Shown here: piece by piece, positions 49,699 through 59,679 of the stretch
Numbering within the stretch: the first letter of the stretch is position 1
Layout of the letters: each line of letters opens with the position of its first letter
NCBI GenBank assembly: GCA_963664815.2
Contig: CAXXHB010000002.1
Coordinates: 778,421 to 842,420, forward strand
DNA: 64,000 bases
Source: Spirochaetota bacterium
GTDB lineage: Bacteria > Spirochaetota > UBA4802 > UBA5550
Direction: 5' to 3'
The notes under the pieces: model-generated
What the model saw: only the letters and a program-made list of their open reading frames with translations
Told to the model about the DNA's origin: nothing
The model's database searches: none
Translations under genes and position numbers: made by a program

Positions 49699-52600
49699 TC
49701 AGTTTCTCATATCCTCTCTGTAGATATCAATGCTGAAGGGAATGAATTTATCAAGAAGTGGTTCGGCATCCCTGTTTGATCTCGCGAGATTGACTCTTGC
49801 ATACTCATTTTCCTGGTTCATCTTCTGCCCGTAATCAATGGCTTTCCAGTATGCAAGATCGCGTTTCTGATGCTCTTCGGTCTTCTGATAAACTGCTCCA
49901 AGGTTGTTGTATGCTGATGATAAAGTCTGAAACAGTTTTACATGTGATTCTTTTGATAAATTCACTACTTTTATTTTGTCCGCTTCGTATTCCATTACAG
50001 ATATTAGTTTCAGGTATTCACCTTTAGCTGCTTCGTAATTACCAGGACCTGTACCATTTCCTGAATTATAAAATGCATTGCCTAGTGAAAGCATAAGCTC
50101 GGGAGACTTTACAAAATCATCATAAAGATGCAGCCAGAGATTAAGTGCAAGGGAATATTCTCCTTTGAGATAGTGTATTCTTCCCAGGTTATAGTAAAGC
50201 TCGGATGCTTTGAAGTTGATCATCTGATTTTCAGTATAATAATTCATTGCACTCAGATAGTATTTTTGTGCAGAAGAATAATTATCCATTTTTTCTTTAT
50301 CATTATCTGCGATTTCATCAGAAAGCGCGCCTTCATTGTTTTTAACTTTATCAAAGTAATAGTAAAAAATATTCCCAAGATATATATTGGTTTTACCGAG
50401 GTTTTCTGTTTCTTTATAGAATTCTTCTTTAGTAAACTCGGGTTGATAAGAAAATTTTTCAAGGGCGTTTTTTAAACATTTATATGCCTTAACGGGTTCT
50501 TTTGTATTATAGTAGTATTCACCTTTCAGTTGAAGAGCACTGTAATATTCAGGTTCAAGAGCCAGCGCTTTATCCAGATATCTTTCCATCTCAATCAGGT
50601 TGTGTTTGGCAAGGTGAAAGCGTGCAAACTGGATATGAAGTTGCGGATAATCCGGATTGCGGTCATTCAGCGCTTTGAGAACCTCCAGAATTGCAGGATC
50701 AGTGTTATCATTGGAGTCAATAAGTCTGGGGGATACTACACCATAATCGATTCTTACATTTGAATCACCTTTTGCTCTTTTATCGAGATAATATCCGGCA
50801 AGTTTTGAGAGAAGAGGCGATGGAAGTTCCTTTAGCATATCTTTTTCACGTAATTCAGCATGTACAGTAGCTGTTAGTGGAAATGAGTCTCTATCAATAT
50901 AGAGATTTAGAAGTCCGGAATATCCCACAACAGAATCAGGATCAACTTTTAATATATCTTCATAATATTTTTTAGCATTAAGATACTGCCCCTGATAAAA
51001 ATAAGCATTTCCAATACCAACAAGAGATGTTATATTTTCTTTATTAACAAGTAGCGCCCTTCGATAAAAAGAAATAGAAAGATCAAGGGATGAATTTATT
51101 CCCTGCATCTCTTTTTTATCGGTGAAATACCATTTCTGGATATTAGGTTTTACTGTTTCAAAGTATTCTTTGGATTTTGCATAAAAATATCCAAGATTAT
51201 TAAGCGTATCAAGATTAGTTTTGTCGAGGTTATATGCTTTATTGAGTTTCTCAAGAGATTCAGGATAATCTTTATTTGTCAGATATGCTCTTGCATATTC
51301 ATTATAACCATATAGAAAATTTTTAATATATTCTTCATCGACTTGACTGAAAATCTTCTCAGCTTCATCGTAATTCTTTTTCCTGTCAAATCGTTCACCT
51401 TTGTGGCCGCTGTTTAAGATAAGAGCAACTCCATCCCGGATCAGTTTTTTAGCCATGTAAGGTTTATAAATAAACTGATATGAAAGTATTGTTACAAGAA
51501 AAGCGACTAGAAAAGAAGCCCCGAAAATTCCTGTTGCTTTAACAAGCTTTTTCTGTCTTTCTCTTCCTTCAAGGGAATATTCCGGTCGGGAAGCTATCAC
51601 CCTTCTTTTTTGTGATGTTTCATTAACAAGATCAATTTTTCTTTTCAGCTTTTTCTCAAGGAAACCGTGAATGGAATCTTCAGATTTTCCTGTGATAATC
51701 ATGTCAACGAGTTTCTTCATCTCCGCTGATGGCAGGAGTTCGTTGATTACAGTTTCTCTTATTACTTGTCTGACTCCGGGATTAAAAAGAATTATTGCTT
51801 TTTTTAATCTTGTGACATCCTTTTCAGAAAGGTCTATTTCGGGAGAAGCTACTTTACTTTTCTTTGATGGTTTAGGAGTTTCTTGTTCTTCAGATTGATC
51901 AATAATATCATCATCAAGCGGTTCAATTGTAAGAGTGTCATCTTCTTGCGGATTGTCTTTAAATTCATCAGTTATTTTTTCAGTTCCCGTGCTTTTTTTT
52001 ACGGGGGAAGATTCTTCGAATGCGTCAGGAATATCTTCAATGTCAGCAAAATCATCAGTGAAAGAATCTATTTCGTCTAATGTACTTGTCCCAACTTCGT
52101 CAGGAGCTTTCTCTGGTTCTTCAAGGTCATCAAAAGAATCAGGAATATCTTCAATTGGTTCAATTTCATCATGCATCTCTTTTTCCGGAGTCTCGGCGAG
52201 ATCAAGATCACCCAGATCAATATCCGGAATATCTTCAGTTTCAGCTTCCGGAATTTCAACTGACTCGCTTACTGGTAATGCATCAAGATCAGGAATATCA
52301 AAATCTTCATCTTTCTCAAGAGAAAAAGTTTCGGCACTTTTTCTGGGTTTTTCATCATGAATTTCATCAAATTTTTCTTCAGGTTCATCGGTTATTTCAG
52401 AAACTTCACCAATAATATCAACATTATCAGTTTCATCGATAAATGATAAATCTGAATCGGAAAGAGGCATTATTTCTTCCAAATCCTGGATTTCTCCATC
52501 TTCCAGTTCTGAAATATCTTCAATTTCATCGTGACCTATTTCATGAACATCTTCATCAAACAGTTCTTCATCCCGAATTTTTGATTTAGTTTTTTCTTCA

Positions 52601-52818
52601 GGTTCAGCATCTTCAAAATCAATATCAAGATCGGAAGGCATTTCAGACTCTATATCTTCAATATCGCGGCTGGACGAATTGATTTTTTCTGAATCGACAG
52701 GCTTGGTTATTATCTCCTGCGGTTGGGGCACATCAGAATCCGTTATAACATTAATTATACGATTAATCTCAGAGAGTTCTTCAGGTGTATAGTTTATTTC
52801 AACTTTTTTAACAGCCAT
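49699..52818 (-). CDS. flcA: FlcA-like periplasmic-flagellar collar protein (acidic N-terminus, TM, TPR array)
   Basis: About 330-aa D/E-rich region, single TM, TPRs (GNAYFYQGQY, YYNLGRIHY, AYNNLGAVY); architecture matches spirochaete FlcA from recall. Confidence 0.65.
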   Translation of the reverse strand: MAVKKVEINYTPEELSEINRIINVITDSDVPQPQEIITKPVDSEKINSSSRDIEDIESEMPSDLDIDFEDAEPEEKTKSKIRDEELFDEDVHEIGHDEIEDISELEDGEIQDLEEIMPLSDSDLSFIDETDNVDIIGEVSEITDEPEEKFDEIHDEKPRKSAETFSLEKDEDFDIPDLDALPVSESVEIPEAETEDIPDIDLGDLDLAETPEKEMHDEIEPIEDIPDSFDDLEEPEKAPDEVGTSTLDEIDSFTDDFADIEDIPDAFEESSPVKKSTGTEKITDEFKDNPQEDDTLTIEPLDDDIIDQSEEQETPKPSKKSKVASPEIDLSEKDVTRLKKAIILFNPGVRQVIRETVINELLPSAEMKKLVDMIITGKSEDSIHGFLEKKLKRKIDLVNETSQKRRVIASRPEYSLEGRERQKKLVKATGIFGASFLVAFLVTILSYQFIYKPYMAKKLIRDGVALILNSGHKGERFDRKKNYDEAEKIFSQVDEEYIKNFLYGYNEYARAYLTNKDYPESLEKLNKAYNLDKTNLDTLNNLGYFYAKSKEYFETVKPNIQKWYFTDKKEMQGINSSLDLSISFYRRALLVNKENITSLVGIGNAYFYQGQYLNAKKYYEDILKVDPDSVVGYSGLLNLYIDRDSFPLTATVHAELREKDMLKELPSPLLSKLAGYYLDKRAKGDSNVRIDYGVVSPRLIDSNDNTDPAILEVLKALNDRNPDYPQLHIQFARFHLAKHNLIEMERYLDKALALEPEYYSALQLKGEYYYNTKEPVKAYKCLKNALEKFSYQPEFTKEEFYKETENLGKTNIYLGNIFYYYFDKVKNNEGALSDEIADNDKEKMDNYSSAQKYYLSAMNYYTENQMINFKASELYYNLGRIHYLKGEYSLALNLWLHLYDDFVKSPELMLSLGNAFYNSGNGTGPGNYEAAKGEYLKLISVMEYEADKIKVVNLSKESHVKLFQTLSSAYNNLGAVYQKTEEHQKRDLAYWKAIDYGQKMNQENEYARVNLARSNRDAEPLLDKFIPFSIDIYREDMRN

Positions 52819-53024
52819 TAATTATTCCGGGTATTATTATTCCTGTTACTGCTTAAAGAAATGAAGGAATTCTGATATCCGCTGCGAAAGGATATAGAAG
52901 ATATATTAATCCTTCTTTTTTAGACGGCAACATCTTCCTTTTTAGTTAAGAGACATAACTGATATAACATTTTTTGTAAATTAAAAAAACAAATAAAATT
53001 TCATTATAAATATTTCTTGGTTAT

Positions 53025-53051
53025 ATATCGACATATAAGATGTACAATTGA
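53025..53051 (-). promoter_or_regulatory. Possible sigma28-type promoter for the flcA-like gene
   Basis: TCAA-N15-GTCGATAT on the minus strand. Confidence 0.45.
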
Positions 53052-53151
53052 ACCAAAATAGTAAAAACGGTGATAATAATGACCGTGTAATCAATTTGTA
53101 TGGAGTAAATACAATAATCAGGATTTATTCCTGTAATTTCAGTATCAGATT

Positions 53152-53895
53152 ATGAGGATATGGATGAAGGGGTTTAAAATTTTAAGTTTAATAGTATTGT
53201 CAGTAATATTGACATCATCAATGCCGTATGACAGAAAGGTAGTTTATTATTATACTCTTACGCAGTTAAAAAATGCCGGTTCGCCAGAAAAATTGAGATT
53301 AATCATAATTGATAACTTAGCTACAGGGAAACCGCTGGTAGCAGATGGTCTTCTTTTTACATATAAGGACAGGAAAGCTGAAAAGGTTCAGATTTCCGGA
53401 AATTTTTCCTCTTGGAAAATGATGAAAATGACAAGAGGAAAAGATGGTGTCTGGTTCTATTTCCTCTCTAATAGTGATTTCGCAGGGAGAGTTGAATATA
53501 AATTTAATGTTGATGGATTGTGGACTGAAGATCCCTACAATGCATTCCGGGAGGATGACCGAAGAGGGTCATATCTGTCATTATCTGAGAATGAATTGCC
53601 GCGTGACGGACATTTTATAACATATAAGTATACTGCAAAAAACAGAGTTTTATTCAGGACATACAAACCAGAGGCGAAAATTATTTCACTTGTAGGTGAT
53701 TTTAACGGATGGAATCCGGAGCATGATATTATGAAAAGGGGTGCTGATGGAATATGGAGACTTGAGAAGAGACTCTCTGCTGGCACCTATAGATATAAAT
53801 TTATAGTAGATGGTGAATGGATTCCGGATCTTTTTAATCCGGAATCTTCTTCGGATAGTGCCGGAGATATCTGCTCAATAGTTAAAATAAAATAG
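53152..53895 (+). CDS. Exported protein with two CBM48/AMPK-type glycogen-binding domains
   Basis: VQISGNFSSW..YKFNVDGLWTEDP and SLVGDFNGW..YRYKFIVDGEWIPD. Confidence 0.85.
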   Translation: MRIWMKGFKILSLIVLSVILTSSMPYDRKVVYYYTLTQLKNAGSPEKLRLIIIDNLATGKPLVADGLLFTYKDRKAEKVQISGNFSSWKMMKMTRGKDGVWFYFLSNSDFAGRVEYKFNVDGLWTEDPYNAFREDDRRGSYLSLSENELPRDGHFITYKYTAKNRVLFRTYKPEAKIISLVGDFNGWNPEHDIMKRGADGIWRLEKRLSAGTYRYKFIVDGEWIPDLFNPESSSDSAGDICSIVKIK

Positions 53896-53955
53896 TATTT
53901 ATTTTTTAATGTCCAGAGAAGATTATAGAGTGGATTTGTGCTGAGCAATATTCTT

Positions 53956-54681
53956 TTAGTCATGTTGCTTATATTGATCATTTGTAAAATCATTTTCATG
54001 AATCCACGTTCCAGTGCCCCAGTTCATTTTTTCATTTATATGGAAACAGTTCTTATATGCCATACTTGTATTTTTCTCAATATAATATCCAAGATAATAA
54101 TAATTAAGGCCGAGAGATCGTGCGTAGGCCGATTCTTTCAGTATGCTGAATGTGCCAAGCCTGAATGCTGAGAAATCGTTTTTATACGTGAAGTAAATAC
54201 TGCTCAGTGCGTTTGAAGAAAGATCAATAAAACCTACTGCAGCCAGTTTTCCATCCAGATAATATTCCGACTGCATTGAAGGGCACGATTGAGTGTAGAA
54301 AGAACTATAAAAATCTTCTTCGTTTGAGTTTTTGTTAAATCTATTCAATGAATGGTCTTTGTAAATTTCAAAAATCTCATCCCTGTATTCCAGGTCTTTA
54401 AACTCAACGTGAATATTCTTACAATCTTTAAGTACACGTTTCTGGCTTCTGGATGGGAGCAGTTCATCTGTCTTTATTCGTATTGGTATACATGCATTGC
54501 AGTCTCTGCATAACGGCCTGAAATAATACATGCCGAATTTTCTCCAGCCCCTGGAGAGAATTGTATCAAGTTCTTTATCTGTTACATCAAGTGCAAAGAA
54601 ATAGTTAAAGCGCCAGTTTTTTCCCTTAATGTAGGAACATGGCGCTTCTTCACTTACAAGTGGTTCACTGAGCAACTTCAT
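53956..54681 (-). CDS. ATE1-like aminoacyl-tRNA-protein transferase (Bpt / arginyltransferase family)
   Basis: CSY, RGWRKFG, RPLCRDCNACIPIR, SRSQKR, LGTFSIL, YYLGYYI. Confidence 0.88.
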   Translation of the reverse strand: MKLLSEPLVSEEAPCSYIKGKNWRFNYFFALDVTDKELDTILSRGWRKFGMYYFRPLCRDCNACIPIRIKTDELLPSRSQKRVLKDCKNIHVEFKDLEYRDEIFEIYKDHSLNRFNKNSNEEDFYSSFYTQSCPSMQSEYYLDGKLAAVGFIDLSSNALSSIYFTYKNDFSAFRLGTFSILKESAYARSLGLNYYYLGYYIEKNTSMAYKNCFHINEKMNWGTGTWIHENDFTNDQYKQHD

Positions 54682-54737
54682 ATTTTACTGTCAGCATCAA
54701 ATTAAAAATTTTTAAGTGGCATGAGTTAATAGAAAAT

Positions 54738-55412
54738 CTACTCGACACCATATTTCAGCCGGTAATCTTCCATTTTTACAATCATTTCGTCGTTAATTGC
54801 GAATTTTTTTCTTTGTGAAGAATCATTCAAAAACTCTATGATATCAATTATATTTACTATAGGGAAAAATCTTATTCCGGTGGATTCTGATATTTCCTGA
54901 ATGGCAGATTTTTCACCAGTACCTTTTTCCATTCTGTCAACCGAGACAATTACTGCGGAAATTTGTGGATTTCCCTGTTTTTCAAGTATATCAATTGTTT
55001 CTCTTACGGCTGTTCCGGCAGTGATAACATCATCAACAATAACAACAATGTCTTTCTCAGATAACGGTTTACCTACTATAAGACCCATATCACCATGATC
55101 CTTGGCCTCTTTTCTGTTAAATGAGTAGTGGACGTTTATATTGTGATCGCTGAATAGAGAGTTGACAGTTGTTATGGCAAGGGGTATGCCCTTATATGCA
55201 GGGCCGAATATTGAAGTGTAATCATCATGGATGTTGTCTACAATAGTACTTGCATAAAAGCTTCCGAGCCTGTTTATGGCTTCTCCGGTGTGAAGCATCC
55301 CGGTATTTAAAAAATATGGGGAGAGCCTTCCCGACTTTAGTGTAAATTCGCCGAATTTAAGAGAATTACTCTCAAGCAGGAAGTTAATAAAGTCTTTTTT
55401 ATATTGTTTCAT
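54738..55412 (-). CDS. pyrE: Orotate phosphoribosyltransferase
   Basis: FGEFTLKSGRLSPYF, FGPAYKGI, NRKEAKDHG, VDDVITAGT. Confidence 0.96.
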   Translation of the reverse strand: MKQYKKDFINFLLESNSLKFGEFTLKSGRLSPYFLNTGMLHTGEAINRLGSFYASTIVDNIHDDYTSIFGPAYKGIPLAITTVNSLFSDHNINVHYSFNRKEAKDHGDMGLIVGKPLSEKDIVVIVDDVITAGTAVRETIDILEKQGNPQISAVIVSVDRMEKGTGEKSAIQEISESTGIRFFPIVNIIDIIEFLNDSSQRKKFAINDEMIVKMEDYRLKYGVE

Positions 55413-55613
55413 TGTACCGATCCTGTGATTTTTTATTTCCAGTATATTAAAAGATGGAAGATTTTATTTTATTCCATCTCATTAGGAATGAGAGATTTAT
55501 CATGTCGAGTATTTTTTAAATCATGCTGTCTTAATGTATGACTGAAATCCATAATATGTATATAAACCATTATTACTTGATGTCAGACGGTTAGACATTT
55601 ACTTATAAGACAT

Positions 55614-56678
55614 TTAAACCAACCCTCGTTTTTTTGCCATCTGCATCATCTGATCTTTTGTGTTTACAGGAACTTCTCTTCTGTTCCCGTCAGACTTTTT
55701 ATTGAGTTTAACCGCATCAAAGTTGCAGGCGAGAAGGCAAAGCCCGCATCCGATACATCGTGTAATGTTAATATCGGCTGTTCCTGAATTGTTTAATTGT
55801 ATTGCTTCCATAGGGCAGATATCTGAGCATGACCCACAGCCGGTACATGCATCCTGAATAATTGAGGAGAAATGATTTGAAAAAACTATCTCTGCCGGGT
55901 TGGGATGTTTTTTTATAGCTCCAAGAATGGCGCAACAATCGCCGCAACAGTTACAGAACCCGGCCGGATTCTGTGAAGTGGAAGGCTGTGTTACCAGCCC
56001 GGATTTCTGGGCCTCGGCTACAATCTCAAGAGTTTCCTCCTTGCTCACTCTTCGGCCCAATTTGTTATCAATGTAATATTGAGCCATTGATCCGAACATA
56101 AAGCAGGTTTCTGATGGTCTTGAACATCCTGAATCAAGAAGGTTTTTCTGTTTTCGGCAGAGGCACTCAGTTACCGCTATAACATCAACCTTCTCGATAA
56201 TTGTGGCTACATCTTCATATGAGGCAATATGGTGTTCTATATCTATATATTTCTGAACCGGAATAACACGGAGGAAAAGGTCCGCGTTATCGGCGATGTT
56301 TTTATTAAATCCTTCATTAAAGTATTGCTGGAGGAGAGATGATAATTCCTTATCGATTTTCTTAACCTGAAATTCTGCTATACCATGCATAAATGCGATA
56401 GTACCGTATTTTTGTTTTCCGCCAGAATCTTGCCTGAAAATGAGACCTCTGGAAGTCATATCTTCAAGTATATCTTTCACTTCACTAACCGGCATATTGA
56501 TTCTTGATGCAATTTCATCTGCTTCTTCAAGTTTTTGTGAAATATTCATGTGAAATTCAGCATGTTTTTCGCTGAAAAGTTTTTTCAGAAGAGCGATTTC
56601 AACGCCTGATTTTGTAGCAGGGAAACCGAAAGAATAAGTATCAAGGCGCTCCCTTAATTTTGTGTATATTGTATCCAT
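55614..56678 (-). CDS. 4Fe-4S dicluster-binding protein with N-terminal HTH-like region
   Basis: CLCR, CNCCGDCC, CTGCGSCSDICP, CIGCGLCLLAC. Confidence 0.85.
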   Translation of the reverse strand: MDTIYTKLRERLDTYSFGFPATKSGVEIALLKKLFSEKHAEFHMNISQKLEEADEIASRINMPVSEVKDILEDMTSRGLIFRQDSGGKQKYGTIAFMHGIAEFQVKKIDKELSSLLQQYFNEGFNKNIADNADLFLRVIPVQKYIDIEHHIASYEDVATIIEKVDVIAVTECLCRKQKNLLDSGCSRPSETCFMFGSMAQYYIDNKLGRRVSKEETLEIVAEAQKSGLVTQPSTSQNPAGFCNCCGDCCAILGAIKKHPNPAEIVFSNHFSSIIQDACTGCGSCSDICPMEAIQLNNSGTADINITRCIGCGLCLLACNFDAVKLNKKSDGNRREVPVNTKDQMMQMAKKRGLV

Positions 56679-56717
56679 TATATATCTCCTGAAATGTGTT
56701 GTAGATTACTATAATAA

Positions 56718-57095
56718 TTAATCAGTTTTTACAAAAGTGAATCTAAATCCATCATCTGTTATAATGACCAGTTTATTATCATAAAGGCTGAATTCTGTTT
56801 CAAGAGGTTTTTCTCCGCCATAGATTTTAAAGTAAATTTTATTTCCTGTAACAGTGAATTCCCCGGATAAAGATAATTTATCTTTTTTATTAATCCATGT
56901 AAATTTGTTATTTTCACTAAATGTTAATAATACCTCTCTTTCTGAATAATCAGGAAGTGTTTTTGCAAACAGAGAGGACCTGTTCTCAATAAGAATACTC
57001 TCCCATGCCCCGTAGGGAATTATATTTTTGACAGAGCATGAGAAAATTAAACAGGAAAGGAGTATCAACTTAATCCGAAAAAAATTATTATTCAT
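56718..57095 (-). CDS. Hypothetical lipoprotein (lipocalin-like beta barrel)
   Basis: Lipobox IFSC, YGAW, beta-strand pattern. Confidence 0.65.
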   Translation of the reverse strand: MNNNFFRIKLILLSCLIFSCSVKNIIPYGAWESILIENRSSLFAKTLPDYSEREVLLTFSENNKFTWINKKDKLSLSGEFTVTGNKIYFKIYGGEKPLETEFSLYDNKLVIITDDGFRFTFVKTD

Positions 57096-57349
57096 ATATT
57101 CTATATTAAAAAGTTTTTCATATTGAATCAAGCATATTATTACCATTAAAGAATTAGTTGCCATTCTAATTGACATTTTGCAGGAGGGAGGTATCATTAA
57201 ATCGGTTTTGCAATCGAAATAAACAGATTTTAAACAGTCTGATAAAAATATTACTTTTAAAATATTCAGACAATCATTAAAAACTCAATTATTAAGGTCG
57301 CTGATATAATAAAAATTACTCATGAAGAAATTTTTTGAAAGGGAGCTGT

Positions 57350-58099
57350 ATGATCAAAGTAATTATTGAAAACCTCCATAAAAGCTTTGGAGAGAAATCA
57401 GTTCTCAGAGGGATAACTCTCTCTGTTGAGGAGGGAGAAATATTATGCATAATAGGTAAAAGTGGCACAGGAAAATCGGTCATACTGAAACATCTGGTTG
57501 GAATAATTGAACCTGACAGAGGTTCAATCAGTGTAGATGGAATGTTTTTGACAGGAAAGGACAGGGATACAAAGCGTAAAATTATAAATAAATTTGGGAT
57601 TCTTTTCCAGGGTGCGGCTCTTTTTGATTCAATGAATATTTTTGACAATGTAGCATTCGGACTCAGAAGACGTGGCATGGCGGAAGAGGAGATCAGAATA
57701 ATTGTGGAGGAATCTTTAGCACAAGTGGGTTTAACAGGTGTGAGTGATAAACGTCCCTCTGAATTATCGGGAGGGATGCAAAAACGGGCAGGATTGGCAA
57801 GATCTATAGCTGTAAGACCTGAAATTATGCTTTATGATGAGCCTACAACCGGTGTTGATCCTATAACAGCAGGTGTGGTAGACAGGCTTATTGTTAAAAT
57901 GAGAGACACTTTTGGGATGACCTCTATTGTTGTCACTCATGATATGGCCTCTGCATACAGAATCTCCGACAGGATTGCAATGGTTTATGATGGGGAGGTG
58001 ATATTTTCCGGAACAGAAGATGAGATAAGAAGAAGTGACAACCCATATGTAAAACAATTTATTGAAGGTACAGTTCATGGCCCTATTAAAGTCATATAA
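57350..58099 (+). CDS. mlaF: MlaF/Ttg2A-type ABC transporter ATP-binding protein
   Basis: GKSGTGKS, LFQGAALFDS, LSGGMQKR, YDEPTTG.DP, VTHD, NPYVKQF. Confidence 0.85.
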   Translation: MIKVIIENLHKSFGEKSVLRGITLSVEEGEILCIIGKSGTGKSVILKHLVGIIEPDRGSISVDGMFLTGKDRDTKRKIINKFGILFQGAALFDSMNIFDNVAFGLRRRGMAEEEIRIIVEESLAQVGLTGVSDKRPSELSGGMQKRAGLARSIAVRPEIMLYDEPTTGVDPITAGVVDRLIVKMRDTFGMTSIVVTHDMASAYRISDRIAMVYDGEVIFSGTEDEIRRSDNPYVKQFIEGTVHGPIKVI

Positions 58100-58317
58100 T
58101 GAAGTTTATAATTATTTTAATCGGTTTTATTTGTTTTATTCTCCGGATAAAATGTATATGGAATATTTTATATCCGCCTCCGCCCGGTTATAAGGAAATT
58201 TTATTTAAAAAACAATCTGCATATAAAGAAGATTTATTCAAAGAAAAGATATTTTATTGACAAGCCGATAATTCTGTAGTGTAGTTTACATAATGAAATT
58301 ATAAAAGGAGTATTTAA

Positions 58318-59307
58318 ATGAAATCATATAATCATGAAACTGGGAGTTTTACAGGGAAAGGGGGAATTGAGATTTTTTTTCAGAAATGGATTGCAGAGAA
58401 GGCTAAGGCTGTATTAATTCTGGTTCATGGTCTTGGTGAGCATTCCGGAAGGTATGAAAATCTTTTAAAGAGTATTGCTGATAGAAAAATATCTGTATTT
58501 GCAATTGATCACAGAGGTCATGGTAAATCTGACGGGAAGAAGGGACATATCGATTCATTTATGGATTATGTTTATGATCTGAAACTTTTCCTTGAATTTA
58601 TTAAAGAAGAAAATAAAGGATTACCTGTGATAATATATGGGCATAGCATGGGGGGAGTAATTGCTGCTAAATATGCAATGACATATCCTGATGATTTATC
58701 AATGCTTGTTCTTTCATCTCCGGCATTTGCACCCGGATTTAAAGTTCCGGCATGGAAAGCCGGTGTTGCATCATTTTTTTCATCGAGAATAAGTTCTCTG
58801 ACATTTCCTAATGGTATATCCTCCACAGATCTTTCTCATGATGAAAATGTCATTACAGCATATGTAAATGATCCTCTTGTGCATAATAAGATAACTGCAA
58901 GATGGACAGTTGAGTTTACTAGAGCCGGCCAGGAATGCCTGAACAATGCGGGCAGTATAAAAAAACCAATTCTGATATTTCACGGGAAGGAAGACCACAT
59001 CGCTGATTGTAAAGCTTCAGAAAATTTCTATAACTCAGTTTCTTCTATAAAAAAAGAGCTGTTTATATTTGAAGGACTTTACCACGAGACGATAAATGAA
59101 AAATCCCCGGAGAATGAAAAGGTATTAAGTGATGTTACCGGGTGGATTTTAAATAACATTGATTTATCTGCTTCTGTTGCTCAAAAGTCAGCAGCGAAGC
59201 CTTCAGCGAAAAAAGCGCAGGTAAAAAAAGCAGCAGCGAAGCCTTCAACGAAAAAAGCGCCGGTAAAAAAAGCAGCAGCGAAAAAAACTAGCGTAAAAAA
59301 GAAATAA
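58318..59307 (+). CDS. Lysophospholipase/monoacylglycerol-lipase alpha/beta hydrolase with Lys/Ala-rich tail
   Basis: HGLGEHSGRY, DHRGHG, GHSMGG, HGKED, GLYHE; C-terminal AAKP/KKA repeats. Confidence 0.88.
   Translation: MKSYNHETGSFTGKGGIEIFFQKWIAEKAKAVLILVHGLGEHSGRYENLLKSIADRKISVFAIDHRGHGKSDGKKGHIDSFMDYVYDLKLFLEFIKEENKGLPVIIYGHSMGGVIAAKYAMTYPDDLSMLVLSSPAFAPGFKVPAWKAGVASFFSSRISSLTFPNGISSTDLSHDENVITAYVNDPLVHNKITARWTVEFTRAGQECLNNAGSIKKPILIFHGKEDHIADCKASENFYNSVSSIKKELFIFEGLYHETINEKSPENEKVLSDVTGWILNNIDLSASVAQKSAAKPSAKKAQVKKAAAKPSTKKAPVKKAAAKKTSVKKK
59191..59282 (+). repeat. 42-bp tandem repeat (2 copies plus partial) encoding an H1-like tail
   Basis: GCAGCGAAGCCTTCA(G/A)CGAAAAAAGCGC(A/C)GGTAAAAAAAGCA at 59191-59232 and 59233-59274. 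Confidence 0.85.
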
Positions 59308-59329
59308 GTTATATAAATATTTTTTAAAT

Positions 59330-59360
59330 AAAAGGCTGAACATTATGTGCAGCCTTTTTT
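59330..59360 (+). terminator. Intrinsic terminator
   Basis: AAAAGGCTG-N11-CAGCCTTTTTT. Confidence 0.75.
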
Positions 59361-59481
59361 ATTATGTAATAACAACTTCGATAAAAAACAACATCATAAA
59401 CATAGTTTAACGACTGAGTTAATTCCGGATCTGAATTTTAATAAGTGATAATTTAATTAATACAATGTCCCGGGCTGTTAA

Positions 59482-59506
59482 TGTTATGTTAAAATTTAAC
59501 ATAACA
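59482..59506. promoter_or_regulatory. Perfect 25-bp palindrome upstream of amtB (candidate nitrogen-regulator operator)
   Basis: TGTTATGTTAAA-A-TTTAACATAACA. Confidence 0.55.
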
Positions 59507-59679
59507 GAAATATAACTGCGTTATGCGTTATGTGTAAAGTTCCGGGAGTGAAACCTTTATTACGACGTGGTAAAATAACACCGAGATAACCAAATATTTT
59601 ATCCAACATGTTGACCATCAATCAGGTCATGGTCATTATTTATATATTAAAAAATATTTTATTATGTTGGAGGAATCAA

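Noticed and set aside
52853-52933. 26-aa upstream ORF in the flcA-like leader (MLPSKKEGLIYLLYPFAADIRIPSFL)
   Set aside because: RBS too close to the ATG and no telling codon pattern; likely chance
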